64,000 bases of DNA from Paraspadella gotoi (lineage: Eukaryota > Animalia > Chaetognatha), in NCBI GenBank assembly GCA_051294375.1, contig CM119271.1, positions 2,576,412-2,640,411 of the forward strand, given 5' to 3'. The translations under genes were made by a program, and so were the position numbers. Under the pieces are notes generated by a model. The model searched no databases and was not told the origin of the DNA. It saw nothing but the letters and a program-made list of their open reading frames with translations. This document shows positions 46,346-59,088 of this stretch, in pieces (position 1 is the stretch's first letter; each line of letters starts with the position of its first letter).

Positions 46346-48206
46346 GTAAGGGGAAATAAGTATTTTCGGTTCAATAGTTTTTTTAGGGGGAATTTTTTTT
46401 TAAAACTAATTTCTTCCTTTTTTTAAAATCTTTTTTCTACTTTTTAAAGCTAAGTTTATTTCTCAATTTAACTCCCAGTAGTAAAATATTAAAGAGGCTT
46501 CAATGAAAGCGCCAACGGGATATTTTTCTGGAAGTTATTTTTTAATCTCATTTGCATATTTCAGATATGCTTAGTTTGTGACTTTTCAAAACAATAATTA
46601 TAATTATAATAATTATAATAATCATTCTCTATTATTACGTACAGTCAACAGTTTGGTGAAGATTCCGGTAGATTCCGAAAATATCTTTTCGTATTTGGGA
46701 GGCAGTTGCAGTCGGCAATGGAGGTTAAACGTTTGATGTTGAATAAACCACTTACGTTACGTACTTAAAGAACTAACAAATTAGTTGCGGTAAAATGTCA
46801 GCTGTCACAATACAGTGCCAAGTATATTTCACATGTCATCATCTACTTTGATACAAATAATTACAAACGTTGTCTCTATTATCGAATATTATTGCAATAA
46901 GTAAACAATACGTATCGCAACTAACAAATGTCAACTCTCACGTCGCCTTTTTCTCTTTTTCGTTTCACACACGAGCTTCACATTTTCGATCACGAGGACG
47001 GGCGATCCCCGACCGCTGGCCTCGGATGATCCAATTCACCTCCATCACTACCCCAACATCGATTCCCCCACCCCACCCCCGACCTTTTTTTTGTCTTAAC
47101 TCGCGCCTCTCGAGTTTCGCCTTTGTTTTGATTTTCCAGAGCACTTACACGCACCTCCTGTGTTTCAGCTGCTTTTTTTTGGTCTCCTGTATAGGAGAGA
47201 GTGAGAAGAGAGGAGAGAGAGAGAGAGAGAGGAGAGCAGAGAGAGAGAGAGAGAGGAGACGAGAGAGAGAGCAGAGAGCATCGGCTTGTCACATGGGGCA
47301 ACGGGGGGAAGAGCAATGATGTTTCACTGACTTTCTCCTGCAAGTTTCAAATGAAATAAAATTCACAATATTTTCTTCTTCTTGTACCGAATATCCGTGT
47401 TCTTGATTTGCGATCCATGGAGAGCGCCAGAGAGAATGAACAAGAGAGAGTAGAGAGCAGAGAGCACGAGAACGACGAGCAGAGAGAGAGAGAGACGAGG
47501 AGGAGAGAGACGAGACGAGAGAGAGAGACATGCTGGGACGGCGGGAAAGAGACATGCATGTTTCCATGTTTTTTCCTTTGAGTTATCAAAATGAAATACA
47601 ATTCAAAAATTTTCTTCTTTTGTAACCCATATCCGTGTTTGATTGGCATCATGGAGAGAGAATGCGACAAGAAGAGGCAGAAGAGACCGAGCGGCAGAGA
47701 GAGAGAGAGACGACGAGAGCGAGAGAGAGAGAGAGAGACCGACAAGAACGAATAAAAACAGAAGCGCCGAAGAAGAGCACTACTACGAACCATCGAATTA
47801 GAAATAATATTCTTTTATTTCTCGGTAACGCGGTTAACCTTTTTTCTTTAACCTGGCCGGCAACCGAAAATAAACAGCGACGGCATCTGATCGCTTAAAA
47901 AAAGCGATCAACACAGCAGATTTTGTTTAAAACTTAAACAAAACAAGACAAAAACCAAAGGAACAGAGAAACTGAGAGACGGAGACGACGAGCAGAAGAC
48001 GGAAGAAGATGAAGACGTCCATGTCCTTGAGAAGAGATTGGGAGAGAGAGAGAGAGAAATAAAATCCTCAGCTACGACCTATTCAATCACGTGCTACATT
48101 GTCATCGAAGCTAACTAACCCGAAATTCTACTCATGCATTCAGGTGGTTTGGGAAAAAAAGACCGAAATCTCTCTCTTTGTNNNNNNNNNNNNNNNNNNN
48201 NNNNNN

Positions 48207-50636
48207 GACAAAACCCAGAAGAAGCCTCGGACAACTTTGAAGCCGTTAACTTCTGAACCTGAATGACCGTAGCAGGACCGAAGGATTAGCTCTATTAAAT
48301 CCGCAAGTTGGTTCCGGCAGATACGGGAGTGGCCTTTTGGAAAAACCCGAGTAAGGCGCTGACGAAACGTGTTGGCAAACAGAACGGCTGAGACCGAGTA
48401 GGAATATATAAAAAAAAAACCGGTAGATAATGAGGGCGGAAGGCGATGTCGAGGACGCTCGTTGAATGAGATCGTGACGCAAGGGAATAACGGACCCGAA
48501 TCCGAAGGGGTGTCAAACAATGGGTCCTTGAGCGTCAATCGCATCTGAAGGTGTTACGTATGCGATTTAAAACTCGGCGACGGCGGTTGGTTACGAAAAG
48601 TATTTTCTTTCTCACTATCGTGCTCTTTTTCGTAAAGTTTTCAAATTTTCGACCTCGATTAACACAATTTTTTTAAAAAAAAACTCATTTGATATTTCAA
48701 GTGTTTTCCGATTTACCCAAAATAAAACTGTAAAATCTTACTAACCTTATTAGTTTGATGAACCAAAGTAAATTAACACTGTTTTTGGATTTACTTAAAC
48801 TTTAAGACGGTAATTCTTCAGTAACTAAACGCGCAGATGAACAAGTAACAAGAAAACATGAAACATGGGTAAAGTTATTCTTAAAAAAAAATAGACAATA
48901 TTCGAGTTTCGGGTTTGTCTTAAATTCGGCTTTGGTTCCCGCAGACTTTATTTTCAGCCATAAGGTCGAAGACCCGGCCTAATAGATGCGGACAATACTG
49001 TATTGGATGGGTCGATATCGGCGTGTGGGCGTGACTGTAGGGGGATCGATCTCGGCGTTTTGCCCCCGTTTCTTGAAGAAGGAACGCGACGCACGATTAT
49101 TGAAGACGATGAAGAAACACGAGCTTGAGAATCAGGGGCGGTTGCCTTTGACGTAGAACGGTTTTAAAACTTTGTAATCTTAATAACTTTTTATGATTTT
49201 ATGGACTTAATTATGTATAGTATAATTAAATAATTATGAAACCGTTTTAACGGACAAAACTTGGATCGTAGTAAACAAAAACGATTCTTGAAACCACGAT
49301 CGTCGCTCATATTGGAAAGTCAGTCAAAAAGTCGAGGCAGATCAAATGATTACTTAAAATTAAACTTAAAATATAAACTTAAAATTAAGTGAGTCTCTCC
49401 CTCTCCTCCCTGCACCTCCCCTCCTCTTCCTCCGATTCTCCAAGCTACACCGTGGTCGGTCGGTTGGAATCCCTCGTCGGCATCCTTCTCAGCGTCAACT
49501 CGGCCGCCAACTTCTTTCTCTACACGGCCTTCAGCCCGTCCTTCCGACTCACCCTCAGCGCCTCGTCGGGAGATGCAAAACGCGGCGCGGCTGCGGGGGC
49601 GGCGTCGGAAGTCCAGGCGCCGATATCGTGACGCCGTCCGTGAAACGAGCCATTCTCGGCACCGGTGAACGCCGCGAGAGATCATCGACGCCGCGCGCCG
49701 GCGATGACCGAAAGAGCGCCGCAAAATCTACGCCGCCGGCTGCGGGAAAAAGAGCAAAAGACGCCGAGGACGCAACGACAACGAGTAAGGGGAAATAAGT
49801 ATTTTCGGTTCAATAGTTTTTTTAGGGGGAATTTTTTTTTAAAACTAATTTCTTCCTTTTTTAAAATCTTTTTTCTACTTTTTAAAGCTAAGTTTATTTC
49901 TCAATTTATAACTTCCCAGTAGTAAAATATTAAAGAGGCTTCAATGAAAGCGCAACGGGATATTTTTCTGGAATTATTTTTTAATCTCATTTGCATATTT
50001 CAGATATGCTTAGTTTGTGACTTTTCAAAACAATAATTATAATTATAATAATTATAATAATATTCTCTATTATTACGTACAGTCAACAGTTTGTGAAGAT
50101 TCCGGTAGATTCCGAAAATATCTTTTCGTATTTGGGAGGCAGTTGCAGTCGGCAATGGAGGTTAAACGTTTGATGTTGAATAAACCACTTACGTTACGTA
50201 CTTAAAGAACTAAACAAATTAGTTGTCGGTAAAATGTCAGCTGTCACAATACAGTGCCAAGTATATTTCACATGCCATCATCTACTTTGATACAATAATT
50301 ACAAACGCTTGTCTCTATTATCGATTTATGATATACAATACGTATCCAACTAACAAATGTCAACTCTCACGTCGCCTTTTTCTCTTTTTCGTTTCACACA
50401 CGAGCTTCACATTTTCGATCACGAGGACGGCGATCCCCGACCGCTGGCCTCGGATGATCCAATTCACCTCCATCACTACCCAACATCGATTCCCCCACCC
50501 CACCCCGACTTTTTTTTGTCTTAACTCGCGCCTCTCGAGTTTCGCCTTTGTTTTGATTTTCCAGAGCACTTACACGCACCTCTCTGTTTTTCAGCTTGCT
50601 TTTTTTGTCTCTGATAGAGGAGATGAGTAGAGAGTG

Positions 50637-50688
<52 letters not shown>

Positions 50689-50855
50689 TGGGAAGCGGGA
50701 AAGAGAATGAATCTTCATGTCTTTTCCTTGAGTTTCAAAATGAAATAAAATTCAAAATATTTTCTTCTTTGTACCGACATCCGTGTTTGATGGAGAGAGA
50801 ATGAAAAAAGAGAGAGAAGAGATAGAGAGAGAGAGAGAGCGAGAGAGACGAGAGA

Positions 50856-50886
<31 letters not shown>

Positions 50887-51150
50887 CGAAGAGAAAAAAA
50901 GAAGACGGAGAAGAATAACTCGAATTGAAATAATTTTTTTTTCGGTACGGGATAACTTTTTTTTTATTGGCGGCAACGAAAATAAACACGAGGTCGGATC
51001 GTAAAAAAAGCATCAAAAGAGATTTGTTTAAAAAAACAAAACAAGAAAAAACCAAAGAGAGAATGAGAGAGATAGAGAGAGAGAGAGAGAGAAATAAAAT
51101 CTCAGTCTACGTTGTGCTACATTGTCATCGAAGCTAACCCGAATTTTTTC
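48207..51150. repeat. Duplicate of ~44817-48130 (GPCR exons 5-6 and intron), probably an assembly artefact
   Basis: Starts directly after a 25-N gap (48182-48206); collinear copy with indel-type differences. Confidence 0.88.
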
Positions 51151-51628
51151 TTTCCATGATTCATTTAAAAAAAGACGGCGAGTTGTCGGGAGTTCAAATT
51201 TTAAAGGAAGATAGTTACAGTTTTGATGATCAACAGATTTGGATTTTAGAGAAAAGAAGAAAGAGATTAAGAAAAAAAAAAAAAAAAAAAAGGTTTAAAA
51301 GAAAAGAGAGAAAAAAAAAAGAAAATAAAGGAAAGAACGTGACTTGAAACGAATCGAAATCGAAAAATGATGGAAAAAACATGAAAAATTTAATTTCGCG
51401 GAAATCTTGGACAAAAAAATAAACAATTCTTGTTATAAACTAAAAAAACCTGAGCTCCGAACAGATATAAAACGTTTTTAATCTTTTCTAAGAAGGATAA
51501 AACATTTTTTTCAATAATCTCATCTGAGAGCGCGAGCTATTTTTGAAATTATTCTTGGCGACCTCTTGTCCGATTTGTCTGAGAAAGAATGCAGTAAAAA
51601 TTCTTTAATCATTCAAGGGTTATACGTA

Positions 51629-51682
<54 letters not shown>

Positions 51683-53719
51683 AAATTGAGTTTGAAGTGA
51701 ATAATTTTTAAAAAGAAGAACGAAATCACGACGACGACGACGACGACGACGACGACCTTTCAATTCGAGGGTGGCATTTGCTCGTCGTCCACACACATGA
51801 TTTCGAATGACGCAGCGCGTGATCGATCCCGAGCGCCTGCTCTTCCTCTTCCTCCTCCTCCTCCTCTTCCACCTTTCTAACCCTCTTTAAAAATAGAATG
51901 AAATACTTAAGGGAGTGGTCTTTTCGTACAATTGAAACATTCTTTGAAATATTATGCCACTTCATTGATAATGAAGCCAGGTACTCTGGGAGTGAATAAA
52001 CGAGACTGCGAGAGAGTCTTGATTGAAAGCTTGCAGGGACTTGCTATGTCATTATCTTGATGGAGGCCTTAAAACACCAAAGCCTGTCCAAAGTCAGGGG
52101 CAAGATAGCTTATTTAGTAAATGAATAGAAAATTTTTATATTGGTTGTGCCAATTTGTTATATATCGAAAAGGGATGCCAATAATAAATGTTAAATGTTC
52201 AGGAAAAACTGTGTAGGAGCTTTTCTGCTGCAGGCAGCTATTCGTCATGACTAGTGTTCCGATAACCGTTAACTGTTAACGGTTATTAACGGTAAAATTA
52301 TTTTAACTTAACCGTTAATATATTTTTTACGGTTAAATTCGGTTAATTCTCACAATGTGATTCTCTTCATTTTTGGTATGAAATCTTTAAATTTAAAAAA
52401 AACCTATTTTTTTTCGTCTTCTCTTATTCTCCTATCCCTTCTCACCATATTTTTACCCTCTCTCTCTTCTCCACTTTTTCCCCTGCTTTGTTATTTTCTT
52501 CTTTTTTTTCTATCCTCATCTCTCTCTTATTCTTTCTTCCCTTTATTATCTCTCCTGTTCCTTTTTTTTTCTTTTTCACTTTTCCCCTTCTTTTCTTTCC
52601 CCTTTTTTTTTCTCCTTTTTTCGCCCTTTGCTTTTACCCTTTTCCTTTTTTTTGCCCTTTCAGCAATATATATATTCAATTAGCTAAAAATAAATAATCC
52701 CTCTTATTTTACTTTTTCTCTCTTTTCTTTCCCTATTTAAAATTAACAAAGAAGCAAATGAATAAAAACCATGAATGAAAAAAATGAATGAAAAACCAAA
52801 TAAAATGTTTTTTTAATTTAAAAAATTAATATAGAAGGAACCAATCTTAAAAAAGACATATAAAAAAGAATAATGATGATATACTTTTTAATTAAACTGA
52901 AAAATATATTTATTAATCAATAAAATATTTTGATCAATCGAAATCAACCAGTCTATCAATAAATTAAAATTCATATTTATATTTATCGTCAATACCATTG
53001 GTCATAGTATTAGAAAGACTAACAACAGAAAACAAGCGTTTAAGAAACTAACACTACAAAATAATGAGGAAGAGAGAAGTAGAGAAAGAAAAGGAAAGCA
53101 AAAGAGAGAAGAGAAAACAAAATATAGAATAGAATTTGATGATATCCTTTCGTTTCGTTGTGTTATGAGATTAGTGTACTATCCTCCCTGCACGATGGAC
53201 TCACCTGCTCTGGATAAGAGATGGGCGCAAGGGCGAGGATCGGCACGCGATGCAAGGTGGTAACACCGCAGCCGAAAAAAGAGGGGGGTGGGGTGGGGGA
53301 TCAAAATAGTGCAAACCAAAACACAATGTAATAAAGATTGTAATACTCCACCTTCAGTAACCTATTCATCCGCCAACGAGAAACCTCAACTCACCTCCGC
53401 AGTTGATTCCAATCCTGCATGAAGGATAGATGTACTATCTCCCCTCACGATAGGGGATCACTTCAACCGTGCTTTCTGGATAAGAATGGGCGCAAGGGCC
53501 CGTGCCTCCGAGCCCAGCCTATTCCGCTTCCCCACTGACCTGCGGAGGGACGATCCGACCCATACCTTCATCCATACCTCACCCAGGTCTAAAACGCACG
53601 CCTATGTGCCTCCCTCATTCTGCAGTTCGTATAATAAAAGCTGCCATTATGCCTAGGACGCGTATCTTGCGGCAGTGTCTGACGCCGCTTGAAGCAAATC
53701 CCGGATGCGAGAGGACTAT

Positions 53720-55120
53720 ACCAGATCCAGACGCACCTGGAGAGACTCGTCGCAAACTATCGTATCAGTGCCGTGAAAACCTGCGCCAGTATGGCCCGAA
53801 CGACAATGATCACATGACATCCCTGCTCCGAGGCGCCAAGCAATGAGAACGATGTAAAGGCGCAACCAGCACGTGATCCATGAGCGGAATAGTCGCGATA
53901 CAGGAAATATCTCCTCAGTAGAGACTAATGCGCGAAGGCGCTGCGTGGTATTCGCCTGAAGAAAGGGGCAGCGACACTTTTCATGAGTCGGAGGTTTCGT
54001 TGAGCCGAAAGAGGAACTGTCGTGACCTCACGTCAAGCCCATGAGACTTGCAGCAGAGACATAGCAGTCCAAAGCTGAAAACAGCGACAGAGGAGTGCTC
54101 CTCTGGAACCTTTGGGTATGGACCGACGGAGATCCCCGCTGCTCTCCCGTGATCGTCTCGATCGCTTGATAACATAGATATCATGTCAAAAGTAGGGAAC
54201 CACATTCTAGACGCGTACACATCTTTCCCAAATTGGACTTTCCAAATTCACCGCACGATTCGCCGGCAACCACTGAGTAGAAAAAATGCAGATAGTTGAA
54301 CGCACGAATTGATATCCGGGAGAAAGGCCGTCTCCGATGGGCATGCATATAATAAGCGTAACGGGAAATTTCCGGATGCCGGCACACGCAGCTGTCGTGG
54401 AAAAATAGTGGCGGCGACCTGGCGTGCAGTAATCCTTGCCTTGCGTTGTCTCGATAGAAGAAGCCTTGAGCATTTCTGCAATGTGCCAACGCAAGGATTC
54501 GAGTCAATTGGTCGGAGAAAATCCCCACAACGACCTACAGCGTTAAATGTGCCAGCGCACGAAGTGGCCAATAATGAGTCTACTGCTTCCGGAAGCGAGC
54601 ACTGTACAGAGGCAGCCACAAATTTCGAATCCCATGAGTCCGATGAATTGCGCAAACCCGGTACATGAACCTGATACGACCATCCACTATATCCGAGATG
54701 TATAAAAACTCAAACTCCTCATCGTGCGGACGCGAAGCGTAGATTTGGATGAAGTTGTTTCCAGGAAGTCAGAAATCTTGCGTTAGTTTTTGATTTTTCT
54801 TTCACCTATGCGGGTCCTTCCAACATGCCACAGAGCCTGATTGCGTCCTCAACGTAGCTAACCATCAGCTAATTCCAAACAGTAAGCGCGCTGTGAAGGA
54901 CATTTAAGGACTAAACGTAAACTCATGAACTGTCTCACCTAAATACTTTTGCATCACGCCCGAGCGTTAAATGAACATGTTCGCATAGACTCAACGTGGT
55001 TCTATCGTATCATTCGAATTGACAGGACCAATCGCTGTCCTCGCATAACCGGCGTAAGGGTTTCTTACACACAAATACTTGACATTCAAAGTCTAGGTTT
55101 CCTGTCTGGCAAACCCCAGA
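53720..55120 (-). pseudogene. Zn ribbon + ALOG domain + tyrosine recombinase (frameshifted as assembled)
   Basis: Zn ribbon CQTGNLDFECQ. ALOG-like VHV.G..AVDSL..TFNAVGRCGDF..SNPC..RKARITARQ. YR: AFFLL..NR.G..GK, HGLDVRSRQFLFR, YSAHGSRAGCA (HxxR), then DHC and a Tyr. Confidence 0.85.
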
Positions 55121-55399
55121 GATCAGCGGATTCGCTCGCAAGCCTCCATGGCGTTCAGCTAAAGAACACAGACGTTGTGAGAGAAATGACTTGCGCGAAG
55201 CTTCAGCTTTAACCTCTTGATCGGGAAACATCATTTAATCCCGGATGAATGAACGCACCGTTCGAAGTGGCAATGAGCGAGCTGCTGACTTGCCTTCGTG
55301 CAACGCGAATGAAATGGGAGCCCCTGATAGGCAAACAGAGAGACGCCAAAATGGGTTGTGGCGCATGAGTTACTCCTGGAAGGTCCGAACATTGAGTCT

Positions 55400-57620
55400 G
55401 AGCAAGCATGATATGCGTAGAGTGATGCCAACCCGGATGGTGATGGGCCCTGCGTGAGGGAAACAACGCACATTCGTACATGAGTGCCAAAACCAATGGA
55501 GGAGCGCATTCGGGCATGATGGCCCGCCTAGATGGTAATGTTAAGTGGCACCATATCACTGGGTGCCGAGACGGAGGGAACGCTGATCAGGACAAAGGGC
55601 TTACGAGGTTGAAGCGCATGGGGCCCGAGACGTAGGCTGTCAGGGAGAACTGAGAACAGCCGTACACATTCTCCCCACTCGATAAGAAGGCTTAATGATG
55701 TGAGCGTATCTGACGAAGGATGGGAATGCATATAACGTGCCTTCAGACGAGGCTGTGCAAAAACTTCAACAAGCTGCCAGCGCCTGGACAGGGTAGAGGC
55801 GAGAAAAAGGGTTAGCCTGGAGCCATCTGGACGACAAAAGCAATGGAGCAGAGCCATGAGATCAGATGCAGAGGCCCAAAGCTTCTGCCAAACTTTGGCT
55901 CGAAGACGGTGCTGAGAGTGCCGAGTCCGAACGTTGCGCAATACGCAAATGGGCAGATCGCTCAGGTTTTGGTCCGTGGACCACACCGCAGTGAGTTTAT
56001 TATGGCATCTCACCTCCAGCGGAAAGCAAAAATATGCGAGCGCAGAAACACCAACTATAGTCTGCGTGAGGAAGCTCGCAGGCCAGTCCAAGCATGGCAA
56101 AGGCCCTGATTGTCGACTGCCGACATCCCACTCGTCTTTCCCACATATGGTCCGCAATCGATTGGAGCGCAAAAAACAGCGCCAAATGCCCTGGTGGCCA
56201 ACTATCTGTCATTGCCATTGTAGTTGCCTGACCAGTACATCCGCATTTAGAACTAAGGGGCCAGAGGAGAAGGGATCACATTGGCCCGCCCAGGCAAAGC
56301 CGAGGCCGATCGGTGATAAAAGACAAGAGCCGATGTAGCTGCTCATGTCGAAAAGGATACGGTACGACCAGGAGTTCCAGGAAGGACCCAGGAATGAAAT
56401 CTCATCAAGGTTCTTTAGACAACCCTCGTGTCGAACTACATCCGTGTGACTGGCCATCGCCTCTTTGACAGTGAAGCGTGAAAAAGAGAGGAGGCTCGTG
56501 AATACCAGGCGGAGGCTGTCTTGCATTGCCAACAAAGGACTGCGATTCGATGGAGCGTGGCCGAGGCCACGATCGAAGCCAACTTATCTTCGCAGAAGAC
56601 TGAATTTTCGGTCGAACTTTTCCGGTAAAAAACTAGAGAGACGTTGCGCCGTCAATCCCAAAGCCGAGGTGGACAATACGCCCTGGACTGGAAGGAGCAT
56701 TGGCTTTTACTGCGGGGAGATGACAATATGCTCCAATTTTGCTGAGGCGTACAGAAGGCAGTAGTATGCGCGAACAGCCCGAGAGTAATAGGGAGTCCTG
56801 AGTGCTTCGGTCATTATCATGCAGAGGCTTGATTCGTGGGGCCAGTCCCACGAACCTTGGTCACGGTCGATCCACAGTTCGCTATGGACTTCGCGAGCCC
56901 GAAGCCCAATCAGACAAGGGCAGAGCCAGTGGCTCGAGTAGACGAAGCGCCTAGTTCTTCACCCAAATGGAAGTGCTTGTATGTCGCCCAAAACCAAAAT
57001 CCAGCCCACTCAGAAACCACAATAGTGAAAGATTCAGGCGTCAGCGGCGACATGTTTGTAGCCTGAACATCATTCGTACGCAAGTGAAAAAAAAAGTATC
57101 TTGTGTAGAACTCGCACGATGTCAGCAAGCTTGCTTAGGGTGAAGCGTCGGTACGCAGAAGCAGTGTTAACCCTTTCATTGACAGGATCAGCCGCGCTTT
57201 GATGGTTCAACTGGAAGCGCATTTGATCACATCGCGGCGGAGGGTCAATTCCAACACGACCCAGACATTTCGACACACTCCCCTCTCGCAGCCGTCTGCA
57301 AATTGTCTGAGAGACGAATATCCTTGAACTCCAGACAGATTGGGCCGAGCGTTCTGAAAATACATCTCTGGGCTGGCATGGTCGAAGCCCTGAATGTCAC
57401 TGCCATTGTACTCCCCTCATAGTACTAATAAACAGCGCAACGGAATTGCTTACGCCTCCCGAATCCATGGCACATCCGTGTTCGTAAAGCGGATGGTCTG
57501 CCTATGAGTTTATTCCATGCCCCGAGGGTAGTAGTTCCGTCGCAGATTCCACTCCTGAAGGAACTCGGGCGCACGCAGACGTTACCACTAAAATCTGGAA
57601 GTTTTCCAGACCAGCGAGTT
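55400..57620 (-). pseudogene. RT + RNase H + adenine-methylase-like region (frameshifted as assembled)
   Basis: Stitched motifs: LGRVGIDPPP..VEP.K.RL; FTLSKLADIVRVLHKDTFFF..DDVQGYKHV; LTPESF...WAGFWF..LPFG. RNase H: SWN..GLGFAWAG..FSSGP..DNQG..STDQNL. Methylase-like: DLMAL..PDGSRL..VFAQ..YAFP. Confidence 0.8.
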
Positions 57621-59088
57621 ACTGACGAGGGCAAAGGAAGATTGCAAAGTCAGGAGGAGGGCGCGGTGAGCTCGACATTCTTATTTACATGTCGCCATAT
57701 CCCACACTGTCTGAAGGCGGCCCAGACGGAGTGCATGCCAGAAAGGATCGAAGTTGTCAAACGGTGATGCGGACGGTCGAGTAAAAGCGCGACGACGTCA
57801 TAGTGGGCCAACATGCCTGAGCGCGGATAAGAACTGGTCTTAAACCATAAGAACCGGCGTAAGAACATTTATTGTAGCAAAGAGCAACCTGCATGCCCTA
57901 CAGTTCAAGCCAGCGGTCCCACTTAATGCCTCGGCCGCACCAGCGCCCAGTCAGTGTGGTGGCTTGCAGGACCCCACAGGTCCACAGGCCTGTTGCTATT
58001 GACTAATGCCCAAGACCCTAATGCTCATCTTGGACCACTCGTCGAGCCACCTGGACCAAGAGCCCTCAGTCTCAAATGACCGAGTCTCGCAGGGCTCGCA
58101 CGGCAAGCGCCACTGGCTCAAGCTAGAGTGCCAAGAGCACCCAAGGCCACTCATTCGGAAGGGCATTGAACAGAAGAGCCCTACGTCTCTGCGAACAACC
58201 CCACAGTGGTCCTGCAACTCCTGAGCAATGGCCCTACCAATGGCACTGAACGCTGCACACGAGGCTGTTCCCCTTGGGATGTAGCAGGGCGTTGATACAA
58301 GACCATGCTCTCTATGCGACAACCCCATAAGGATCCGCGATCCTAAACGGCAGCCCTCCCTGGCTGAAATGGGGCACCATCTAAGATCGCCCGCCCGGTT
58401 GGGACTGATTGTCGCAAGCAAATATGCATATGCGTTCATTGACCCTAACAGAAGCCCTAACAGCTTGTGGGGGGGGGGGTCTCTTCAGAGCCCTAAGTAC
58501 TCTCAGGAGGGAAATTGCCCACCGTGCGGGCCGGCGCATCAAGCCAAGAACCCTTTGTCTCAAGAAATGACCCATGTGGGTCCTCAGACCCATCGCAGAA
58601 CATCCCCCAAGAACTACAAAGTCTTGGGGTAATGAAGTCACACCAGCAGTGGCCTTAGAGCCCTAGATCTCAAGGCGGCAACACCTGTGTCGCGTCAATG
58701 GCCCGAAGCCCAAAAGTCATTCCTGCTGAATGACATATTCGGTTTCCTGTGCCCCACTGGTCCCGCGGACTCCTACTCTTGCAAACTCTATAGGCCCTTG
58801 AGGCCTAGAAAGGATAGGTTGCAGTCCCACTGGCCTACCCGCCGGATCACTCTAGTAAACCCTGCTTAGGTTACGAAGGGGTGGACTTGACCTATGATAG
58901 TAGTTACACGCAGGTACTTTTAGTATCCAACACGGGTGCGTAGAGTTTGGACAGTAAAGCTGAGGCCGTGGCACCTCCCAAATGGTACCTGTCTAACAAA
59001 GCCCCAACAAAGGAATCAAAGAATTGCAAAGAAACAAAAATGTCAAACTTTAGCGAATAACAAACATAGAAAATTTATATCAATCCGT

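Noticed and set aside
46565-46597. Alternative short terminal GPCR exon ICLVCDFSKQ*
   Set aside because: Its acceptor lies within the recurring ctcatttgcatatttcag motif and has a weak pyrimidine tract. 61018 is preferred, but this one is not fully excluded.
48207-50200. Second GPCR paralogue or pseudogene
   Set aside because: Begins at a 25-N gap and differs from the first copy mainly by read-type indels; likely a duplicate assembly.
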